This document shows positions 56,823 to 64,000 of a stretch of DNA of 64,000 nt, in pieces. The notes beneath the pieces were generated by a model. The model ran no database searches. It was not told the origin of the DNA and saw only the letters and a list, made by a program, of their open reading frames with translations. The translations under genes and the position numbers were made by a program. The stretch covers positions 51,430-115,429 of the forward strand of contig DATABS010000013.1 of the NCBI GenBank assembly GCA_036259475.1, read 5' to 3'. Position 1 is the stretch's first letter. Each line of letters opens with the position of its first letter. The DNA is from Acidimicrobiia bacterium (GTDB lineage: Bacteria > Actinomycetota > Acidimicrobiia > Spongiisociales > ZC4RG35).

Positions 56823-57754
56823 CCACCCAGCCAACAGACATGCGGTACACGGTGGCCCAGTGGTCCCCGGAGTATGGAGTGCCGACGGAGCCGGAGCTCG
56901 AGGATGCCAGCGACCGCGTCGATGCGGGGATCGAGCTGCCGGTCGGGCAATGGCGCGAGATCATGCCCGACGTAGACCCGGCCGACGATGTCTTGTTCAT
57001 CGACGGTGTCCGCCGGGTCGACGCCAACCTATGGATCGAGCAACCGGGAGGTCGGCCCGCCCTGGGGCTCGCCGCCACCTACGCCGCCGGCGCAGTCCGC
57101 AGCAACGGCACGGCCCAGGTGGTGGAGGCGCGGGTCGAGCGGGGGCTGTTCACCTCCGCGGCGGGAGCGGCCGACCTCGTCACGACCTGCGGAACGTATT
57201 CCGTGCGGGCCACTTCCGGTGGTACGCCCGAAGAATTGTGGCTCGGCATCCAGCAGAGGATGGGTGAGCTGGAGGGGGTGGTCGCCGTGGCCCCGTCCGG
57301 AGCTGCTCTCATCATCGCCGACGGCCCCCTCTCCCATCATCGTCACGCCGAGGGGGCGGTGGGGTATGTCAAGCGGGAGCACGTCGAGTATCTGCCTGTC
57401 GACCTGTGGGAGGTGAAGTATGGGTTGGCGGTTGGGCGGCGGACACCGCTCTTCGTCACCACTACCTCATGGTCGCGATACTCGTGGTACGTCCGCCTGG
57501 CCAACGGGGCCGGACCGGCGGAGGGTCTGGTCCGCTGCGAGGTGAGCGCGGACACGGACATAGGCGCCGCCGTTCGTGTCGCCGACCGGGTGACTGCCAC
57601 CCTTCCCCGTTTCGCCTCCGCTCCCCACAAGGATCCGCGGGCTCCCGAGAACCTCTATCCGATCGCCGGGCTCGAACGGGAGCTTCGGCGCCGCCTGGGT
57701 GACCAGCAGCTCATGTACCGGGCGTTGCGGGTGGCCGCCTGGCGGGCAGCGTGA
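56819..57754 (+). CDS. nurA: NurA-family nuclease
   Basis: FIDGVRR, IIADGPL, VGYVK, DPRAPENLYPI..LE..LR..LG; coupled to sbcC. Confidence 0.8.
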   Translation: MTTQPTDMRYTVAQWSPEYGVPTEPELEDASDRVDAGIELPVGQWREIMPDVDPADDVLFIDGVRRVDANLWIEQPGGRPALGLAATYAAGAVRSNGTAQVVEARVERGLFTSAAGAADLVTTCGTYSVRATSGGTPEELWLGIQQRMGELEGVVAVAPSGAALIIADGPLSHHRHAEGAVGYVKREHVEYLPVDLWEVKYGLAVGRRTPLFVTTTSWSRYSWYVRLANGAGPAEGLVRCEVSADTDIGAAVRVADRVTATLPRFASAPHKDPRAPENLYPIAGLERELRRRLGDQQLMYRALRVAAWRAA

Positions 57755-58234
57755 TCAGCTGACCGTCGGGCGGAGGGCGGTTGGCACCGTCCCTCCGCCG
57801 TCGGGTGTGGGGACCGCAGGAGCTTCGCTCCGCGGTGTACCCGTTAATCCCCGATTCGGCGTCGGGATGTCAAACGAGGCGGTGAGGCGGGCGGCGTCAT
57901 CGAAGGTGAGCAGCTCTCTCACCTGACGGTGCTGCGCCGTTTCCCCGGTCATCGGCCCCGTTTCGTCGCGGACGACGGCCTCCGGCCTAGGAAGCGGCTC
58001 CGCCGTCTGCGGCGACGTGCCGGCGAGCCCGACCGCCACGACGAGGGCGGCACCGGCCAGAGCGGCGCTGGCCGTCAACGGCCGGATCAGGCTCGACCCA
58101 TCGAAGAACGCCAGGCGCCTCCTCGGTCGGCTCTTTCGGGGAGCTTGGCGGACCTGTCGAGCGAGATAGCCGTCCATCGCCTCCACCCACTGGGGGATGT
58201 CGGGTGAGGCGGGGCGCCGCATCTCAGATCGCAT
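57755..58234 (-). CDS. Single-TM protein, putative anti-sigma partner
   Basis: ATG 58234 overlaps the sigma stop region; basic N-terminus, one TM, short C-terminus. Confidence 0.6.
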   Translation of the reverse strand: MRSEMRRPASPDIPQWVEAMDGYLARQVRQAPRKSRPRRRLAFFDGSSLIRPLTASAALAGAALVVAVGLAGTSPQTAEPLPRPEAVVRDETGPMTGETAQHRQVRELLTFDDAARLTASFDIPTPNRGLTGTPRSEAPAVPTPDGGGTVPTALRPTVS

Positions 58235-58853
58235 ACTTCGCCTCCACCTCGATGAGGATTCCGTCGGTCTCGAGGGAGTCACGTACGGACCTCCGGGCCC
58301 GGGACAGTCTGAGGCGGGCCGCATTGGGCGTGATCCCCAGGGAGTACGCCGCCTCGCTGGGCGTGAGGCCGTCGTATGCAACGAGCTCGAGTACCTCTCG
58401 CTCCGACTTGGACAACCGTCGCAGGGCCTCTTCGAGGGCCGGGGCCTGGCGGGCAGCGTCGAGAGCCGCTGCCACGGCCTCCTCTTCGCTCTCGGTGAAG
58501 CGGGGAAAGACGTTGGAAGCCTTGGTCAACAGCCGACTCCGGCTGGCATTTCTGCGTCTCTGACGGGAAACGAGGCGGCGCGAAATGCCGAACAGCCAGG
58601 GAAGGGCGGTTTCTGTCTCCGGGCGGTAGCGTTCGGCTGCTTGAAGGGCGACGAGGAAGCAGTCGCCCACCAGGTCGGAGACGTCTTCTGGTGTGGCACA
58701 ACGTCGGATCGCATAAGTCGTCACCGCCTGCACGTGGCGGCGGAAGAAGATCGAGTACGCCTGGGCGTCGCCGCTCGCCGCTCCAGACAACAACTCCGCG
58801 TCCGTACGGTCCACCACGACAACTCTATGCGCGCCGCCCTTTCGGCATGTCAA
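58224..58853 (-). CDS. ECF RNA polymerase sigma factor
   Basis: DAELL...GDAQAY..FFRRH, ALPWLFGISR, LSKSEREVLEL, VRLSRAR-like end; true start may be a few codons downstream. Confidence 0.92.
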   Translation of the reverse strand: MTCRKGGAHRVVVVDRTDAELLSGAASGDAQAYSIFFRRHVQAVTTYAIRRCATPEDVSDLVGDCFLVALQAAERYRPETETALPWLFGISRRLVSRQRRRNASRSRLLTKASNVFPRFTESEEEAVAAALDAARQAPALEEALRRLSKSEREVLELVAYDGLTPSEAAYSLGITPNAARLRLSRARRSVRDSLETDGILIEVEAKYAI

Positions 58854-58868
58854 ACATGGGGATTGTTG

Positions 58869-58895
58869 GGAGGGGACCCGACGGGCGTCCCCTCC
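58869..58895 (-). terminator. Hairpin after the substrate-binding protein gene
   Basis: GGAGGGGAC / GTCCCCTCC 9 bp stem. Confidence 0.6.
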
Positions 58896-58907
58896 GCTCG
58901 CGCCGTC

Positions 58908-60818
58908 CTATCGGAGAACGAAGTCGGCGGCGTTGGCCAGAGGTCCGGCCGAGTTCGCATCGGGGGCGACGGCCCCCTTGGCAACCAGGTCGTTGCTGTA
59001 GGCGTAGAAATCGGGCTTCTGAGTCAGCGGAATCATGAACAGCCCCTGCTCGGGATCCTGGTCGAGCGTCGTCACCCAGGTGTCGAGCTCGTTGTAGCAA
59101 GCAGCCCTCTCGTCGTCGTCGAGGGTGGCGTTGCACTCCGCCGCGAACTGGTCGAACTCCTCGTTCCGGAACCCGTATGGATTACCAGTGGCGGGAACCG
59201 GCTCGCCGGCCTCATCCTCGACCACCCCGCCGGAGAGGTAGCTCGTGATCTGACCGCCCGGCCATGGTCCACCCACCCAGGCGAACTGCATTATGTCGAG
59301 GAGGTTGGGATCCCCGAGCTCGCCGCCGGAGGCCGATGCCAGCAGGTTGTCGGATGAGAACGGGCGCGTCGTGAAGTAATCAGAGCCCGGCACGTTGTCG
59401 ATCGTGATCTCGATCCCGGCCGCTTGCATCTGCGCCTGGATGATCTGCTGCTGCAGCTCGCGTAGGGCGTTGCCGCCGGTCGTGCCCACGCGGAGGGTCA
59501 GACGACCGAGCTCGGGATGGGCATAGATCCCATCCCCGCCTTCCGTATAGCCGGCCGATTCCAGGGCCGCCCGGGCCGATTCCACGTCGCCCATGCCGTA
59601 GCCCTTCTCGCCCTGGTGATCCTCATATACCTCCTGATTCGCCATCCACATGGTGTTGCCCAGACCGGCCGGGTCGAGGACGTCACCCAGGATCGGGGCG
59701 TACAGGGTCTCGACGACCTGGCCCTTGTCGATCGCAAAGGCAAGAGCTTCGCGGACCTCCGGTTGGGCGAGGTGAGGATTGAGGACGTTGAACCCCCAAT
59801 GCTCGTAGATCGGGCCGGGGATCGCCGCCACGGTGAAGCGGTCGTCCATGTTGATCTCCTCGAAGGCGAGCTGTGGCTGCGTGAAGACGATGTGCGCCTC
59901 GCCTGCCTTGAGCGCATTGACCTGGGCGTCGGTGTCGGCCACCCAGTTGATTCGGATCCCGCTGACACAGGCGGCACCCCGGTTCTGGGCGTCAGGACTG
60001 ACCGAGCCGTGATAATTGTCATTGCGGACGAGATGCATCGCGACCCCGAAGTCCCATGTGTCGAAGATCATCGGTCCTGAAGAGGGGAGCGGCTCGCCGT
60101 TCGCGCCGGTCCACGTGCGCTGCATTTCGTTCACCTCGGCGGCCCCGGCGCCCTCACCGAAGGCATGCGCCGGGAAGATGTTGGTGAAGATCGACTTCCA
60201 TCCGGCGAAGAACGGATCGTAAGTGATCTCGAACTCGGTGTCCGAGACGACGGTGAAGTCGCTGATCTGGTCGTAGCCCTGCCGGGAGGAGATCAGATAG
60301 GTCCCACCACCCGACTCGGGGTCGTAGCCCTCCATGACCACGTTGTAGGTGAACTCGACGTCGGCCGATGTCAACGGCTCGCCGTCTGACCACATCAGGT
60401 CGTCTCGCAGCCGGTGACTGATCGTGACGGAGCCGTTGTCATTGGCGACGACCTCGGCCTCCTCGGCGAGCAGTTCGGGATAGAAGTTCATGTCGGCGGT
60501 TGTCCCGTACAGGTCCTCCCACAGCACCTGCCAGACGTAGCTGGTGACCGCCAGATTGTTGTTCGGATCGTTGAGGTGCATGTCGGGTGGCTCCTGCTCG
60601 TGCGCCCAGACGAGCACCCCTTCCGAACCGTCGCAGTAGTTGTCTGTCTCCTCGGGTGCCATGGTCGTAGCCGAAGATGAGTCGGTGGCGGTGGTGTCGG
60701 TCGCCATGGTGTCGAGTGCCATCGAAGTGGCGGTCGCCCCGGTCGTGTCGGCCGGCTGTTCGGTTCCGCAGGCGACGAGCGCCAGCGCAATCACGGCCAG
60801 CAAGGTAAATCGCTTCAT
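58908..60818 (-). CDS. Family 5 (peptide/oligopeptide) ABC substrate-binding lipoprotein
   Basis: Lipobox LVAC, WSDGEPLTSADVEFT, SGPM, REALAFAIDK; ATG 60818 after GGAGG. Confidence 0.92.
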   Translation of the reverse strand: MKRFTLLAVIALALVACGTEQPADTTGATATSMALDTMATDTTATDSSSATTMAPEETDNYCDGSEGVLVWAHEQEPPDMHLNDPNNNLAVTSYVWQVLWEDLYGTTADMNFYPELLAEEAEVVANDNGSVTISHRLRDDLMWSDGEPLTSADVEFTYNVVMEGYDPESGGGTYLISSRQGYDQISDFTVVSDTEFEITYDPFFAGWKSIFTNIFPAHAFGEGAGAAEVNEMQRTWTGANGEPLPSSGPMIFDTWDFGVAMHLVRNDNYHGSVSPDAQNRGAACVSGIRINWVADTDAQVNALKAGEAHIVFTQPQLAFEEINMDDRFTVAAIPGPIYEHWGFNVLNPHLAQPEVREALAFAIDKGQVVETLYAPILGDVLDPAGLGNTMWMANQEVYEDHQGEKGYGMGDVESARAALESAGYTEGGDGIYAHPELGRLTLRVGTTGGNALRELQQQIIQAQMQAAGIEITIDNVPGSDYFTTRPFSSDNLLASASGGELGDPNLLDIMQFAWVGGPWPGGQITSYLSGGVVEDEAGEPVPATGNPYGFRNEEFDQFAAECNATLDDDERAACYNELDTWVTTLDQDPEQGLFMIPLTQKPDFYAYSNDLVAKGAVAPDANSAGPLANAADFVLR

Positions 60819-60999
60819 CGTTTGGTCCTCCTGGTTCGCGGGTGGGCCGGCCAGGCGGCGCCACTGCTGATTCATGCCAGGTCGCCATGGGGCCATGTCA
60901 CCCATCTCGATGAATCCGCCCGGATGGGACCGCCAGCACGGTGGTGAAATGCCCGGCACCTACGGGGACATAGATGGGCGTGCGGATCGAGGAGATGTC

Positions 61000-61959
61000 G
61001 TGTTCGCCTATGCGGTGAGGAGGGTCACTGCCACCGTTCCCGTGCTGATCCTCGCCACCTTTTTCGTCTACGTGCTGGTATCGGTGGCCAACGACCCGCT
61101 GGCCCGTCTCGCCACATGTACCGCCTGTGACGAGGCTGCCTACGAGCGGATCGTCCAGCTGTACGACCTCGATCAGCCCATCCCCGTCCGCTTCGTCGGC
61201 TGGATCGGCGATGCGATGCAGGGGGATCTCGGGATCTCCACCTCACTCGGGGAAAGAGAGGTCACGCCGATACTGCTGGAGCGGGCATGGAACACCGCGC
61301 TGTTGGCAGTGCCTGCGTTCGTCCTGATTGCCATCACTGCGGTGATCCTCTCCGTCTTCTCGGCAGTCCGCCAGTACACGCTCGGCGACTACCTGATCAC
61401 CGGGGGGTCATTCCTCGGGATCGCCATGCCGACGTTCTTCTTCGGATTGCTGCTGCAGGTGGCATTCGGGGTGTGGTGGCAGGATTGGACCGGCACCAAG
61501 CCGTTCTACGTGACCGGCATGCATCTCGAGTCGTTCGGCGATTATCTGTCCTCGGCGGGGTTGCCGATCTTCACTCTTGCTCTGGTGATCGTCGCCACGG
61601 AAAGCCGTTTCGGGCGAGCGTCCATGCTCGAGGTGATCAACGCCGACTACATCCGCATGGCCCGCTCGAAGGGCCTTTCGGAGGGAAGGGTGATCACCGG
61701 ACACGCACTGCGCAACGCCCTGATCCCCATTGTGACGCTCTGGGCCCTGGACTTCTCCGCCCTGCTGGGCGGATCCGTGATCACCGAGACGATCTTCGCC
61801 TGGCCGGGCCTGGGCCAGCTCCTGCTGAATGCCCTCACCGCCCAGGACCTGGACCTCGTCATGGCGATCGTCGTGTTCATCGCCGTCGTCACCATCGGCT
61901 TCAACCTCATCGCCGATCTGCTCTACGGAGTTCTCGACCCCCGGGTCCGCTATGACTGA
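61000..61959 (+). CDS. Peptide ABC permease (DppB/OppB-like)
   Basis: LDQPIPVRF, ADYIRMARSKGL, HALRNALIP, ETIFAWPGLG; GTG 61000. Confidence 0.94.
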   Translation: MFAYAVRRVTATVPVLILATFFVYVLVSVANDPLARLATCTACDEAAYERIVQLYDLDQPIPVRFVGWIGDAMQGDLGISTSLGEREVTPILLERAWNTALLAVPAFVLIAITAVILSVFSAVRQYTLGDYLITGGSFLGIAMPTFFFGLLLQVAFGVWWQDWTGTKPFYVTGMHLESFGDYLSSAGLPIFTLALVIVATESRFGRASMLEVINADYIRMARSKGLSEGRVITGHALRNALIPIVTLWALDFSALLGGSVITETIFAWPGLGQLLLNALTAQDLDLVMAIVVFIAVVTIGFNLIADLLYGVLDPRVRYD

Positions 61960-62863
61960 CGTACGATCCGATTCGCTCGTCGGCGGGGATGGGCTGCTCC
62001 AACCGTCGGCGGTACAGGAGGCACGCGGCTTCGGCCGTCAGGTTTGGGACCGGTTCGTCCATCATCGGGTGGCCATGGCGGCGGTGGTGGTCCTGGTGCT
62101 GTTGATCGCCTCTTTCTGGGTGGCCCCCCTGCTCTCGCCTTTCGAGTTCGACGAGCTCACCCCGGACCTGCGCCAGGCACCCAGTTGGGCCCATCCCTTC
62201 GGAACCGACGAGATCGGGCGGGATCTGTTGGTGAGGACCTTCATCGGGGGAGGCTTTTCGATCCGAATCGCAGTGTTGGTGTCGATCGTCGCCACGCTCA
62301 TCGGGACGCTGCTCGGCGCCCTCGCCGGCTACTTCGGCGGATGGGTCGACGCGGTCATCTCCCAGGTCGTCAATCTGGTGCTGGTCATCCCCGCCCTCGC
62401 CATTCTCCTCGTTCTGGCTCTGAGATGGGGCTCCGGCCCCTGGGCTCTCGCCATGATCCTCGCCGCCCTCCTCTGGGTCCGGATCGGCCGGGTGGTGCGG
62501 GGCCTGTTCATCTCCCATCGCGAGGCAGATTTCGTCGAAGCGGCCCGGGCGGCGGGAGCCAGGTCGTCTCGCATAATGCTGCGTCACATCCTGCCGAACG
62601 CCGTCGGACCGATCGTCGTGGAGATGACCCTCCTGGTCGGGACCGCCATCATTCTCGAGTCGACGGTGTCGTTCCTGGGACTCGGCGTGCAGTTCCCGAT
62701 CCCCACCCTCGGGAATCTGATCAACGAGGCGAAGGGAGCGATCGACACCGTCCCCTCGCGCATCCTATTCCCGGGGGGTGTCGCAGTTCTCATCACCCTC
62801 TGCGTCAATTTCATCGGCGATGGTCTGCGTGATGCCCTTGATCCGGCGGGGGGACACGCGTGA
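61952..62863 (+). CDS. Peptide ABC permease (DppC/OppC-like)
   Basis: HPFGTDEIGRD, FVEAARAAGA, RHILPN, NFIGDGLRDALDP. Confidence 0.94.
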   Translation: MTDVRSDSLVGGDGLLQPSAVQEARGFGRQVWDRFVHHRVAMAAVVVLVLLIASFWVAPLLSPFEFDELTPDLRQAPSWAHPFGTDEIGRDLLVRTFIGGGFSIRIAVLVSIVATLIGTLLGALAGYFGGWVDAVISQVVNLVLVIPALAILLVLALRWGSGPWALAMILAALLWVRIGRVVRGLFISHREADFVEAARAAGARSSRIMLRHILPNAVGPIVVEMTLLVGTAIILESTVSFLGLGVQFPIPTLGNLINEAKGAIDTVPSRILFPGGVAVLITLCVNFIGDGLRDALDPAGGHA

Positions 62864-63918
62864 GCGCGGTGAGACCGGAGCTGCCATATCCTGCGTCTCG
62901 CTGGGATTCCGGCGACGGGCCCATACTCCAAGTCGAGAACCTCTCGGTCGAGTTTCCGACCCGCGAGGGACTGGTCCACGCGGTCGAGGATGTGTCATTC
63001 CGGGTGGAGCCGGGGGAGGTACTCGGTGTGGTCGGCGAGTCCGGCTCCGGCAAGTCCGTTACCGCCCTGGCCATCATGGGTTTGCTCCCCAAGCGCAGCC
63101 GGGTGCGGGGGGCGATACGGTTCCGGGGAAGGGACCTGCTCGCTCTGGACCGAACGGCAATGCGTGATGTCCGGGGGCGGGAGATCTCGATGATCTTTCA
63201 AGACCCCATGACCGCCCTCAACCCGGTCCTCACGGTCGGTCGGCAGCTCGTGGAGATGATCCGGCGCCACCAGGATCTCGACCGACAGGAGGCTCGCCGG
63301 GAGGCCCTCGAGTTGATGGACCTCGTGGGGATCCCGGCCCCGCAGCGTCGCATCGATCAGTTTCCCCACGAGCTGTCCGGAGGCATGTGCCAACGGATCG
63401 TGATCGCCATCGCCATCGCCAACCGGCCCCTGCTGGTCATCGCCGACGAGCCCACCACCGCTCTCGACGTGACGATCCAGGCTCAGGTGATGGAGGTCAT
63501 GACATCCGTTCAGGCCGAAGTCGGCTCGGCACTGATGCTCATCACCCACGACCTGGGCCTGGTGGCCGGTACCGCCGACCGGGTGCAGGTCATGTATGGC
63601 GGCCGCATCATGGAAACCGCCCCCGCCAACTCCATTTTCGCCGAGGGTGCCAACCCCTACACACTGGGTCTGCTGCGCTCTCTTCCTCGACTGGACGAGT
63701 CCGGTGAGACCCCCCTCTTCTCGATCCGGGGTGCCCCACCCTCGGCGATTCTCCGCCCGGAAGGTTGCGCCTTCCACCCCCGCTGCGACTATGCCACTGA
63801 CCAGTGCGTCGTCGAGCCGCCCCCCATGGTGGCCGTAGGCGCCGATCACCTGTCGCGGTGCCACCACATCGATCGGGTCCTCGCCGGGTCGGCGGCGGTG
63901 GCAGAGTCGCCGCCATGA
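62860..63918 (+). CDS. Peptide ABC ATP-binding subunit (DppD/OppD-like)
   Basis: [43 protein letters not shown]. Confidence 0.95.
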   Translation: MSAVRPELPYPASRWDSGDGPILQVENLSVEFPTREGLVHAVEDVSFRVEPGEVLGVVGESGSGKSVTALAIMGLLPKRSRVRGAIRFRGRDLLALDRTAMRDVRGREISMIFQDPMTALNPVLTVGRQLVEMIRRHQDLDRQEARREALELMDLVGIPAPQRRIDQFPHELSGGMCQRIVIAIAIANRPLLVIADEPTTALDVTIQAQVMEVMTSVQAEVGSALMLITHDLGLVAGTADRVQVMYGGRIMETAPANSIFAEGANPYTLGLLRSLPRLDESGETPLFSIRGAPPSAILRPEGCAFHPRCDYATDQCVVEPPPMVAVGADHLSRCHHIDRVLAGSAAVAESPP

Positions 63919-64000
63919 TCCCCCTGCTCACGGCCGAGGGGCTCGAGACCCACTTCCCGATCAGGGCGGGGCTCCTCCGCCGTCAGATCGGAACCGTCTA
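63915..64000 (+). CDS. Peptide ABC ATP-binding subunit (DppF/OppF-like), 5' part only
   Basis: [28 protein letters not shown] overlapping the previous stop; runs off the window. Confidence 0.85.
   Translation, partial: MIPLLTAEGLETHFPIRAGLLRRQIGTV

Noticed and set aside
60819-60999. Cobalamin riboswitch (GCCACTG and GGTGAAAT words)
   Set aside because: Motifs are in the wrong order and the GGGAA elements are missing; likely a plain divergent promoter region.

Overview
A 64 kb chromosomal window of a high-GC actinobacterium. An Acidimicrobiia-like host is inferred from gene content (DUF222-HNH, MSMEG_4193/DUF3090/SCO1664 triad, F420-dependent LLM enzyme, many leaderless starts) and was not tested by search. 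It holds about 55 credible genes, mostly housekeeping, transport and stress functions, plus the RNase P RNA gene (rnpB) and a yybP-ykoY riboswitch. The most notable items are: (1) a 4.6 kb decayed integrative element inserted into the 3' end of rnpB, with a 28 bp target duplication and matching arm-type repeats at both ends but no integrase, carrying phage remnants and a cupredoxin plus membrane-protein cargo; (2) a candidate undescribed ~120 nt small RNA with its own promoter and CU-rich anti-Shine-Dalgarno-like loops between terC and otsA; (3) a herA-sbcD(mre11)-sbcC(rad50)-nurA cluster in the archaeal gene order, with PafBC-type DNA-damage promoters shared with other nuclease genes; (4) a Rhodothermus-type mannosylglycerate synthase; (5) an aromatic ring-cleavage locus with a visible MarR operator and a probable ATC start codon; (6) two apparent pseudo-enzymes (ADP-ribosylglycohydrolase fold, Zn-ADH fold) and two families of intergenic palindromic repeats. 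No CRISPR array, tRNA, rRNA, transposase or integrase was found. All family calls come from motif recognition by eye, with no database search.
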